Made by a program: the position numbers and the translations under genes. The notes under the pieces were generated by a model that worked only from the letters and a program-made list of their open reading frames with translations, ran no database searches and was not told the origin of the DNA. A DNA stretch of 64,000 nt, taken from NCBI GenBank assembly GCA_964035545.1, contig OZ037767.1:26180628-26244627 (forward strand), given 5' to 3'. This DNA comes from Bugula neritina. Taxonomy: Eukaryota > Animalia > Bryozoa. Shown here piece by piece: positions 21,644 through 33,400 of this stretch (its first letter is position 1; each line of letters begins with the position of its first letter).

Positions 21644-22956
21644 TCAGCCTAAAAATTTTATGATCGGCTCCGATCGTTTAAAATAATTATATTCATCCGG
21701 TGATATGTCGTCTAGTTTGATTTCGGTCACATTTAGTGACCAAAATAAGTCCTCGTTTACTTTTTTTATCACACCGCTTCTCAACACGCATGTTAATTTT
21801 CCCACTTTTCCATACAGTTGTTGTACATTTAATAACACAGGTTGTCCATTGACTACAGCATTTACGCAAATTTCGTCTTCCATGTTTCTGACCACGTCAA
21901 CATAACATCCGAGCAATGATGCATTTTCACTTTTACCGTAAAACTTAACTTTTTTTTCAAAAATTTTAGCTAGCTTTGTTTTAAAAAGTTCTAGATTTTT
22001 AGATTTTTTCACATATAAACATGGCCCACTGTTGGGAATTTTCGACTCGTATATTTTTAATTCACCTATAAATTCATCAGATTTAAAAAAGAATTTACGC
22101 GAATGATTAAATGTAGGTATTATCTTGTCATTGTCAGTGTAGTAGGATAATTGTGATTGATCATAATTAAGAGGGACTAAATAGCAACCTTCTTCATTTG
22201 CAGGTGTTTTGCTCTGATCGACAGCGGTAGCAGCAGTGGCAGCATCATCACTTGTAGTAACAGTTGTACCAGTAGAGGAACTAGCGGATGGAATAGACAA
22301 CGTCATAGAGGAAGGAGTGGTAGTAGCGCTAAAAAAGAGGGATCTATTACTATGTTTTATAATATGTAACTTATTCTACGTAATATAATTTATTACACGA
22401 CAAACGTCTGTTTATTTGTTTATAGTTTGTCAAGTGAATACAATTAATTGTGAGTCTTACAGATGATTGATGATTTACGATATTCTACTAACCTCACGCT
22501 GGTAGATACAGATGGCTCGCTAGTCGACTCATCCACCTTTGGAATTGATGCAGGTTTCTTACGCTTTGATTCACCAGACTTAGATTCACTAAAATAATAT
22601 TATTGTAATGAATAAAATGCTACTTTTAGCTGATAAAAAAGGTTAGCATAATTATAGAAAGCTAACACTATAGTAAACTAAAATCATTCTCGTGTTAATA
22701 ATATTCTAACAGGTTAGTGGTTAGCATAGTTATAGAAAGCTAACACTATAGTAAACTAAAATCATTCTCATGTTAATAATATTCTAACAGGTTAGTGGTG
22801 AGATATCCAAAAGAAATATATTATTACTTACTTTTTTCTTTTAGAAGGCTTTAAGGCTTTGAGTGGTTCAACTGTACTGGAACTAGTACTCGTTTCTCCC
22901 ACTTTTCTTCTGAGTTGTAGTAGTTCAGCTTCTAACTTCTTTACTAAATCTCCCAT
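21644..22956 (-). CDS. Three-exon Polinton accessory gene (22956-22832, 22588-22493, 22328-21644); candidate OB-fold ssDNA-binding protein
   Basis: TATA (TATATAAAAG at ~23017-23008), Kozak-like ACCATGG, phase-2 GT-AG joins. Encodes coiled coil, basic NLS-like patches, Ser/Thr linker and a beta-rich C-terminal domain. The function is inferred. Confidence 0.6.
22641..22798. repeat. 78-bp tandem duplication in intron 1 of the accessory gene
   Basis: GGTTAGCATA(A/G)TTATAGAAAGCTAACAC...CAGGTTAGT occurs twice. Confidence 0.9.
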
Positions 22957-23644
22957 GGTGTTTGCTGTATGGTTTGGGATGCGATGAAACATAGAAGTTT
23001 TTCGAGGCTTTTATATACTGAGATTTTGTAATTTATTCCTACGTAAATGAAATTTATCTTAACTAAAAGTTTTCCTCTTTTTTATTATAGGGAGTTGGGT
23101 GGTAACATTTTAATTGTAATCTGCCGGTTTAAGGTTTACTCACGTAAGCAATATTATATCAGTTTACGTAGGTGATACGTGTTTTAACAGTTGCATATGT
23201 ATTTAAATTTCAACTAGGACACTTCCCATCCGTAAATTAGAAATTGCCGTGTCATCCATCTTAGCTGAAAAATTTTCCGATTTCTAACTATAATGAGGAA
23301 TTGAGTTGTTAAATTTTAAATACAATCCACCCATCTAGGGTTTAATTACTGGGCGATATTATATCAGGTTATACAAGATTTTATTATGTTTTACTTCCCA
23401 TTGATTAAATTGGAAACCGCTGTGTCACCTCCTAATTTTTGCTAATATTAATTTTTACTTTGTCAAAGTTTCAAACATCATTAGCATAAGGTTAATTATC
23501 TTTTTTCTGCTTTTTGAGTTTCAGAAAAATTGTGTCAAGTTATAAGTTTAAAAATGGAGTTGCAAATAGAGTTGGACCATAAGACATGTTTTTTGTTTCC
23601 ATTTAACATTTTATTATAAACTATGAGTTGTATACAGAAAAACA

Positions 23645-24160
23645 TTACATTCCGTAATAATTATTTTCTAAAATGTGTTTAGTCAAAACTGTTAACAGCT
23701 TAGATGGTGAAGACGCATCACTCTGAGACATATTACCATTCAAGAAAAAATATTGTATAGTTATAAAATCCCCGTGAACTTTAGTGTTGCAAACAGCTAG
23801 TTTTAAATTGTCAGTCATTTCGAAGTGTTTTGTGCAGTTATTGAACATTCTGTCTAAAGTATAATTAGTTGAAAACATCTTTCCAGAAAAGCTACCATTA
23901 CCGCTCATAACTATGTTGATTACATTCATTGATAAAAATAGTGCTACCAGGATAATAGCGATAGGTTTCTTTTTTAGTTCTGAAAAGCTCCAGTCATTCT
24001 TTGCATTATCTCTCCTGGTCGAAACTTTATTAATGAGTGTATTCCGATTATGTACAACTTTTCTCGCCACATCTAACTCATCTTCAGCCACATTTGCATC
24101 TTGTTCATTAAATATAGGATCTTTATTTTGCAAGGGAAAATTTTCTACTTCTGTCATCAT
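23645..24160 (-). CDS. Polinton accessory type II membrane-like protein
   Basis: KKK followed by hydrophobic PIAIILVALFLSMNVINIVM, then a Cys pair and sequons NGS, NYT, NCT, NMS. Upstream TATAAAA at ~24228; downstream AATAAA at ~23615. Confidence 0.6.
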   Translation of the reverse strand: MMTEVENFPLQNKDPIFNEQDANVAEDELDVARKVVHNRNTLINKVSTRRDNAKNDWSFSELKKKPIAIILVALFLSMNVINIVMSGNGSFSGKMFSTNYTLDRMFNNCTKHFEMTDNLKLAVCNTKVHGDFITIQYFFLNGNMSQSDASSPSKLLTVLTKHILENNYYGM

Positions 24161-24358
24161 TGATTAACCTTTGCGCTCAAAACATATAACGATGAATGAT
24201 GTAAATTTCAGAATGGTGATGTTTTATACCAAAAAACACACAAATTTTGACTCGCAAACTGTATAACTCTCAGCTCAGTGAGTAAATTTTGTTACTTATA
24301 AAGTTAGTGACAAGGATATACAGCTAAACTAATCATTGATCCACCTTCCAGTAATTGC

Positions 24359-24541
24359 TTAAAAAGGTGTATTCACTGTAAGCTAAATTTAATAGCTACC
24401 ACCTGTCAACTTTAAGGCTTACAATGCTCACATAGTTAACGAGATGCTAATTTCCATAGCCATAGAGTCTACGCTATGTTGACAAATTGACCGATACGAG
24501 ATGCTTACTTCCATAGCCGTAGAGGCGCTTATTATACTACT
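24359..24541 (-). repeat. Right terminal inverted repeat
   Basis: Mirror of 8406-8613; ends ACTACT followed by TSD AATGCT. Confidence 0.95.
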
Positions 24542-27500
24542 AATGCTTTATTAGAGCTTTTGTTTGTTTGTTAATTGTTCCACTTCTATTTTCTATTTCT
24601 AGTTCTATTTCTACATATAACAACATTTTAGAATGTATTGTAGTATCTTAATGTGAAATATAAAGTAGTACATGTATGTAATATCAAAACTCTTTTGTTG
24701 GTTTTTAATCGCTCCATGCCTGCGAGAACTTTTAATGGTGGGTATTTAAACAGACTAGGAACCTGTTTTTATTATGGTACAGGAGCAATTATTGCAATGC
24801 TTTTTCTAACATCTTACCAATGGCCTTTTCTGGGATTCGAACCACTATTAGTATAATGTTACAATATCGTACAGTTTGACTTTGAATGAATGAAAAATGC
24901 TTTTTTTTCTGCAGAAAAAATTAGATGGGAAAAGACTAAAATTTAGAAAGTAGACCCTGGAGCACTTCTTTAAGCATTTCATCAACTTATGAAATTATGT
25001 TAAATGAATTGCATCCTATCATTCTTTACTTATTACATTGTTTTTGCATTAAGTATAGTATAACATTGCATTCTATTTTTTCTTTCTGATGGGTCTGAAT
25101 ACAAAACTATTATACTTTTGTCATAAGTTGTTTACTATTTACCAAATACACTTTGACTTAGGAACATTTTATGCAGTATAGAAGTGAAAATGTATGTTCA
25201 TCATTTATATGATATAAATATAAAATATATTCATTTTATTATTATGAGGGTTCAATATTTCTATCCACCTAACTTGTTGGTAAACAGGAAAGACCCAGTG
25301 CAGTTTATTTCTTTTGAATAGACTTTCACATACCTATATAAACAATTTCGTAGATACATCTAACTTGCCAATATATTTTATATTATTATAACATTCATGA
25401 TCATTTTAATGTTTTAATTAAAATAGCTTGTATAATTGCAAAAGTGCTAATTCTAGCAATATAAATATTATCAACGGTCATTAAAATAACCCCTTATAAT
25501 TTGTAAGTGTGACACCTTTAAGCCAATATGTAAGATAGTTGCTATAAATGGGTCAACATTGAGTCGTAACTAAATGATAGCGAAGTCAGCTAGCTTTTTA
25601 CAAATCAAGGAATTGATAACTTCTAAATTGATAATGAAACGAGAACAAAAGGTCTTTATTACTAAAATATAATAAAACTTGAGCAGATCAAACAAACACA
25701 TAAAAAAAGTTCTTAGTTTTAATAAACATTCAAATAATACCAAATGTGAAAAACATACCACCAGAATTGAAATATTATTTACGCTAATAATTATTTAATG
25801 GTTACACTTCTTAATTGCTAACTGTAAAATATTATTTGAGTTGCACTAGCGGGCTTAGTAAGGCTATCAGAGAGACAAGTAAGAAGCAACTTCTAATTTA
25901 TGCAGCCGCTATATTACTTGTCTAAAATCAAGTTTGTAAACTGAAACGATTCATAATTGATCGCTATTTATATAGTATTTGCAAAACTTTTCCTTATACC
26001 GTCAACCTCAACCATATTTTCCAAATACCACAAGTGTTTTAGATTAATGTAAATCTCCACCATTTTTAGCTAAAATTCATTTTAAGTAAGATTATTAAAT
26101 GTGGCCTTGCTCAGTTCAAATGGTGAGACTAATTCTTGGTGCTAAACCCAAAATCTTAGCTCACCACGGCATTGGCTCACTAGTGTCTGCAGTGTCTTAC
26201 TTAAGACAGCTTATTTCTTATATATAGTTACTTTTACACAAATCATTACTAGTTAGTAGTGAGTTATACAATACAAATATACCCCCCCCCCCCCCCTTAA
26301 ACTCATACAATGTCATCACAAGTTTCTCAGCATTGCTATTGGCACAGCTATTACAGATATGTGTTATATGAATAAGCTTGTTATATTGTATGCAATTTGA
26401 GATGAACAATTTATCAAGCAATACTCAAAAGCTGGAAAATTATATCTGCTGCACGCATGCGCAACCAAATAGTTGATTTTTAGCGTATATGTGCAATTTC
26501 TTTGTGAATTCTCTATATTATCTCTATTAGCTTGTATTCTATATAAATAAGTCTGCTTTAAAAATGTAAGTAGTTTGTTTTCTTTTGATGTGATAAGCCA
26601 AGGGTTTAAAGTGTTTTATTCAATATTAGAGACTCTCAGTGGAGACATGTCTTTCTATTTTGTTTAACATTATCAGTACTGGTCTGTTATTAGAGTTGAT
26701 AAGAGCTCACTTAACTTTACTAAAATATCAGGTGCGGCAACATGTTCTACCTAATAATTGGCATTTAATCATATATCACACTTTTCTTACGGCATAGCAT
26801 TAAATTTGCTGTCTTAACAAATGCTAATAATGTAAAAGGTGCAAGACAATTTAAATCAGATAAAATGACCAAAATTATTTGCAATTGTAATCTAAAAAAA
26901 CCGATGTAAAATTTTTTATTCTTTGTTAGATCTTTCACTCCATATTTTAAAAGAACCGATGATAATTTTCTATTTTAGGATATCAAAAACATACTTGACT
27001 TTCAAGAGTGGATAATACAAGTGCCGTGATATAGTAAGGGGTTATTTTTAAAGTTACCACTTTTACCAATTGTTCGCAGGTGCATAAATTACTAGTTAAT
27101 ACATTTTAGCAATTGAACAATAACTTAATACTAATTTATATTGAAGTTTTTATACACAATATTCAAAAAGAATTAAATCGTATAAACCAAGGCAGCTAAA
27201 CTAGGCACCGGTGTTTTGCAACACCCTCCCTCGCCCCTCCCTCTTGAGGTTCTTTAGGCTTTATATCAAGTTGAAGTGGGACAGAGCATCATTAAAGGTC
27301 ACAAAGTGAGCAGTGATACTTTTATTATGCAATTCACTTGCGTGAGAGAAAGGCATAAGACTCCATTAGACAGTCAAATTTCACAAATATCACTAAAACT
27401 ATTTGCAGCAACAAATTTTGACGGTAAGTTTCTATAATATATTATTTTAAGTTACTTCCCTTCTGTGCATAAATTTTTAATTTACACATTGTAGACTTAA

Positions 27501-27649
27501 AACCTGGCTTATGTGAAGTTCTAACCTCCCCCCCCCCCCCTTAAGTAATTTACATGCTCAACCCCCAGTTCCTTGTTCAAATTCAATGTATAAATCACAC
27601 TTCAACAGCAAACATTTAACACTTAAACTCATTTTTAATCTTCGGCCAG

Positions 27650-27754
27650 TGTAGTGTTGAGTTTACCCAGTGGCCTCCGTGGTGTAATGGTAGCACACTT
27701 GCTTGCAAGCCAGAAGACTCGGGTTCGATTCCCAGTGGGGGCAATTATTTTACA
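27650..27754 (+). mobile_element. Solo LTR (105 bp, TG...CA) containing a tRNA-like sequence
   Basis: TGTAG...TTACA flanked by perfect 5-bp TSD GCCAG; internal A box (TGGTGTAATGG) and B box (GGTTCGATTCC). Same LTR as at 51172 and 51397. Confidence 0.85.
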
Positions 27755-27788
27755 GCCAGTACAATATAATTATTGCCCATTATTGTAG

Positions 27789-27858
27789 ATGGCACTCATG
27801 AATACTGCTGCCGGACTATTTCTGGTACTCCTGCTGCTGCCTGGTATTCTTTGTGACG
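27789..27858 (+). CDS. Possible signal-peptide exon of an unresolved host gene
   Basis: TTGTAG acceptor, MALMNTAAGLFLVLLLLPGILCD, then G|GTGAG donor; no downstream exon found. Confidence 0.3.
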
Positions 27859-28905
27859 GTGAGAATGATATTTTAAACAAGTGCAGTTGCCGTGAGGGTA
27901 TTTATAATGAAGGTGGCATAGTCGTGAACTGCTTTCTGTGTGGCCAAATGCAGGATGGTTTAGAAGTTTCTAGAACAGTTTTTACCAGGTGCTGTTGTGG
28001 CTTTTCGTTATACCTTCTTTACTGTATTCAACAAACATCTAAATAAAAAGTGCTCGTTGACAAAACAAGGCACTCTATTTGCTGTCATTTGCTTTTCTAA
28101 ACTGTTTCACACGAATAATTAAGCAATGACATGTATGTATGCTTTACTTTGAATAAATGTTTTCAAAGATGGTATTAGTATTGTGTCATGTTTAGAATAA
28201 AATACTAGCTTCAAAAATATATGCGATGTGCAGATATAATATTGATAGACTTATTTTTAAAATATTTTATGTATAAATCACATTTTCATTACAAGTTTTT
28301 AAATAATTGTAAGCCTTGAAGCCAAATTAAAACCTTTAATGGAAGATAATATACAGCTGATATTATTTAGGGCTCAGCATGCAATGCTAATCAGACTTAC
28401 AATTTGTTGAGACACACAAGAACTTGGTTATATAAAATTCTGGAATTTCTAGGAATATTTATGAATTGTGAGAAAACAACTACTGAATAAAGAGTACTTT
28501 CTGCTGAATAATTGTGTAAATTGAAGAGTATAGAAAAGTCAAGCAGAGAACAATTGACTTTATTACAGCTGGCTTATTCTATAACAGTTATAGAGTCATG
28601 AACTTTTGCAAAGTAACAAAATATGCTGTTACAAGTTAGTTAATTCTACAGCTCTTTGTTATATTAAAGCTGTTAGCATGTATTAACTTTAAAATATAGT
28701 TTTTAACAACTAAACATGCAATTTTTGCTACATGAGTGTTAATAAAATGTTATCAATTAGTATTTAATATTCATACATCTTAGTTTTTCTGCAATCTATT
28801 TTTAAGTATATCATATTCAATTGATAAATACCATTGACAATAATTTTATGGAAAAATTTTAACTTGCGTATAATAACTGCACGTTAGAAATGTAAACACA
28901 ATGTC

Positions 28906-30370
28906 TCAAGTATATGTTTGTACTATCATATGAGAACCTTTCTCTCCAATCATAATAGCTGGAGCATTAGTATTGCCAGATGTGAGATGTGGCATTATAG
29001 AGTTGTCTACCACCCTTAGTCCTTGTATTCCACCTTGTACTCTACAAGTAAAATAGTTTTCGCCTATCAATGTGTTTTAAATTTTACTAATGGAAATCTA
29101 ATCAATTTACTTGTGTTATCAAAAGCCACATATTCCATACCATTCATCTGTGACCGTTGTAAAATAGAGTAAGAGAGTTAAATAATATATATAATGACAC
29201 AATTGTCATATTTACAATAAGGTAACTGTAATGTATCATGAATGGGTCACCATATTTCTTCTAACTTGCAATTCCACTATGGTTTGCACTTGTGTAATAA
29301 ATAAATATTAAGATGATTATTTAAATAGCGATCGGCAGGGTCGTAGTTTCCATAAGCAACTGCCGTCACTAACTATTAGAGAGTTAAAATAAATCTCAGA
29401 AAACCTGCTGTAAAATATTCTCACCTTAGTTGAGGATCAACAACTGCGGTGGTATCACCAAGTGCCCCCATCTTACAAGAACCAGCTGGATGATAAAGAA
29501 CTCCAGTGAAGTTGTTTATCATTTCATCTAAAAACTCGTCAGACGTTGGATCAACATCTGGAGAAATTCTCTCTCTGGTGGAATGTCTCTCGTCAACAAA
29601 ATGAGCTCCATATTGCTTGAGCACCTGTGTGTTAGCTAGATCTCTCATGTAGCGAAGTCCTGTGTATTAAAGACATTAACATGTATTTTGAACACGTACT
29701 GTATATACTATATAGTAGGCTAAAACAAAATAGGTATATATGTACAACAATTAGAAAGTAAAACTCTTAATAGTATTTAGGTTATATACAAAATGCCAAG
29801 TAATTCACACAGCTGTGAAAACAGCGCAAGTTCTATTTTACATAAACGAGCGAGCTGCATATACAATGTATTTGCTTTAAGTAAAAGATGAGCAAAAACA
29901 ATCTTGACAGCTTTTGAAGGTTAGAAAAACTGCCTATAATGTTGAAAAATTGTGTTTGCTAGTTTTGCTGTTGTAAAAGAAAACTGTCTGCAGGAAACAT
30001 TTTTGAACAAAAAATGTTATTCAAGTTGTTATTCAAGGCAAATTTACAAAAATTGAGTTTGTATGATGTTTATCTGGTGTTAAATAGTACGTTTTATTGC
30101 AAAATTTTAGTTTTAAAAATAGCTTGCTTCAGTGTTTCTACAAGTCCAAAAGTCTAATGCTCCTAGAAACTATTACAAAAAACTGCATATTTTAACTTGG
30201 CAAAATAGTTATTCAGCTCTCAGTGTGCCAGTAATAGAATGCGCGGAATATAAAGTTGAGTTATACACTCGTGGGAGAAACAGCTAAAGTTGTTGATTGC
30301 CAATCTTGAATTAAAAACGTCTATACCAGTTGCACCACCATTAAAATAAGCATGGTGTTTACCAGTATAG

Positions 30371-30408
<38 letters not shown>

Positions 30409-33400
30409 GCGTGTGCGTGTGCGTTTGCGTGTGCGTGTGCGTGTGTGTTGGCATTCTTCCATTTACTCACCAGCTTTAGCAGCTTCACGATCTTTTGGTG
30501 TGGAGAGTAGTTTGGGATCTATTATTGGACGATCAAATGGGTCAGAACTTGCTAGAGTTATTGATCCGGTGCCTTCAGGATGTAATATTGTCGCAGACAA
30601 AGTACTTCCTGCTTTGTGAGAGTTACTAAAGTAGTAGTTGTGTTCCTACAGCATAATTTGTACAAACATATTCATAGGCCTTACATTATGAAAAACACAA
30701 TACATATATGTATTCTCCATCATTTGTTAAAAATATGCAAGGAAAAGGTACTTTGTAGTGCTTTATCAGTATATCATAGCCCTTAGTTTTGAACAAAAAA
30801 CTTTTCGAGTGACGAGATCATCTTATCTACTGTGAGTTGTAACTTTGACCTCACAGAAAGTTCATCTCAGGAAACACTTCACGAAAATGTATTTTACAGA
30901 AGGGATCAATTACATATCAAACATGTGTAGTGCTATGACTAGCTAACATATACTCACGCGTATAGTATGATATTACTTTAGAAGTAAACTCACAATGTCA
31001 GGCCGGAGGTTCAAGCTGCTCACATATCTGTCTCCTTTATGAGAACTGAGGATCAGACCTAGAGCACTGAGCTGCACTTTAGGCATCTGGTCATTCATCA
31101 CGTAGTTACCATCCTTAACATCCAGGAAACTCATCATCTGAATTGGATCCGCACTCAGCACTCCTTCACGAAAGAAAGCACAGAAGGTCAACACGAGGGC
31201 ACCTGTTACTGCGCTGCCACCATTTTTTTAAATCTTTGCATAGAGAACTTTGACATTGATGCATTATAGCTTGACACATATGTTTTAGAACTCTAAAGCA
31301 TAACATTATTTCTTTACCTTTACCACACAGTTTGAAGTTCAGATTTGATGAAAAAGTAGAAATCTCGCTCTTGTCAAAGAGTCCAACTTCGTTAGGTTTA
31401 TCGAAAAAAATTTGATTGAATACAGTGGCATGATCTTGAAAATTTAGCCCGACAGGTAGATCAGCAATGAGAGGAATCTGTAACATCACTATTCAGTCTA
31501 AGTCACATGTGAATCTCTATTCAGTTTAAATCACAAAGGAAACTATTAGAGGACAAATATATTTGGTTTGAGAATATCATTTGGTGACACAGTACAGTTT
31601 AACTAAGTTTTTAGCAACAGTGTGTAAACCCTATAGAGATGAAAACTCCACTACTAATAATCTCTTAACCTAGTAATGCTACTCTCTCAGTATTAGTCAA
31701 ACTGTGTCAGCCACTGTAAACGAATTACTCCCACTGCAGTTCCCCAACTTGCAAGCTAGCATGCTAATCACTACACTATAGAGCCTGCTGGGTATCATAA
31801 CACCACAGCCCCAAATTAATTTTAATTTTAGATGACAACATCAAAAATTAAAATATTATTGCCTCACTTCAACACCAAATACTTCCTAATACTCAGCAGT
31901 AAGGTCAATCACTAACATTATGTTTCTTCAGTTCGGCCTTAGGTCCAACACCAGATAAGAGAAGCAGGTGAGGGGAGTTTATTGCACCCGCTGATACAAT
32001 CACTTCTTTTGTTGCAAGCACTTGGTAGGAGTTGCCTCCTTCTTTCACAAATTCAACTCCAGTAGCTCTTTTACCCTCAAATGTAATCTACAATAAAATA
32101 TTGAACGTAAAGGTTTACATGTCAAGTTTTTAATTTCAGTAGCTAAGCAAGAAAAAACTTTTCATACTTGAATATTTTTTATATTGCTACATTATTTAAC
32201 ATTATTAAACAAACTAACAAAGCTTATCAAAATTGCAATTTATTTCATATACACAGCTGTAAGGTTGCACATGAGGGGTGTACATAGCTATTGTATGCCA
32301 AACTATTATTTTGATATAAACAAATAATTAAAAGCTAGTATATTTAGAATACCAATGGAGGGTTGGCTTATCACTACCAACACAATTTTTTTATTATCTG
32401 AACCAGTAGCTAGTAGCAGTCTCATTAAATATTTTATTAATCAAGTGTGGCTAATGATTTGCTTTTAGGTATTATGGAAATAGCAATACAACTCAGATTA
32501 AATTTACAGTCAGAAAAAAATTAGAATATGCCATTACCAGCAAAGCTGTATGTGACCTAATATAGACTGTCCAGTGCTGGTTTAACATTGTGGGTTTGGA
32601 AAACCATTGAAAGTACTAAAACTATAGATAGTGGATAGTTTTACTGTACATATATAGTATATACCAACATATTTTCTGCTATTCGTGTCAGAGTATATAT
32701 ATTACTTTTTGGTGAATAAAATAAAATTTGCTTTAGGTGAGGACAAGGTAGACAACAGAAAGCGCATGCAGCTGAAACCATCTTTACAACACTCTTTCTA
32801 TACAATATATTAGACATAAAATATGACTAATCTTTATATTCTTTTTGGTAAAAATGCACAAAAACAAACAATAACGTATTCTATTTCTGCTGAAGTATGC
32901 TGCTAGTTTTATTACCTTAGTGACATGAGCATTAGTGATAACGTGAAGATTTGACCTTGACATTGCTGGTCTAAGATAGGCTTTAGCTGTACTACATCTC
33001 TCTCCATTTCTTATTGTAGTGTGTGACTTCGTAGCCCCTTTGCACAATAATATTCTAAATTGCATAAAGTAGGCTACTTGTAAAAAAATACAACTTTCAA
33101 TTACATAATTCTTACAATTTCTATAGAAATTACTTAAACTTAACGAAATTAAAGCTTTTGCAAAAGCTACAATATCTGTTGATCTATCTGCCTAACTGTC
33201 TAACACGTGTCGAGCACATTCATAGCACATCTATAGCATATAAATATGGCATATATTACATAGCACATATAACATAGTTATAGCATATGGGAAAGACAAC
33301 TTCCAACCAACCATTGTTGACTCCACTGTTATAGCATGGGTTCTCAGGTACACCAAGTTCTGAAGACGCCTCAATCAGAAGGTCACAAATTCTATAAGTA

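Larger units (their letters stand above)
8406..24541 (-). mobile_element. Complete Polinton/Maverick (polintovirus/adintovirus-like) element, 16,136 bp
   Basis: 5'-AGTAGT...ACTACT-3' termini, TIRs, 6-bp TSD AATGCT (8400-8405 and 24542-24547), and a full set of pPolB, integrase, ATPase, protease, major and minor capsid genes. Confidence 0.98.

Noticed and set aside
10766-24167. Plus-strand short ORFs in the Polinton (10766, 11945, 13684, 14165, 18949, 21705, 23913)
   Set aside because: Antisense shadows of real minus-strand genes with no recognisable motifs.
25428-27120. Possible old inverted-repeat element (AAAATAACCCCTTA ... TAAGGGGTTATTTT)
   Set aside because: Only a short core matches; no clear termini or TSD could be defined.
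27671-27743. Functional tRNA-Ala(TGC) genes here and at ~51193 and ~51418
   Set aside because: The anticodon and acceptor arms pair poorly, and all copies sit inside matching 105-bp TG...CA repeats with TSDs.
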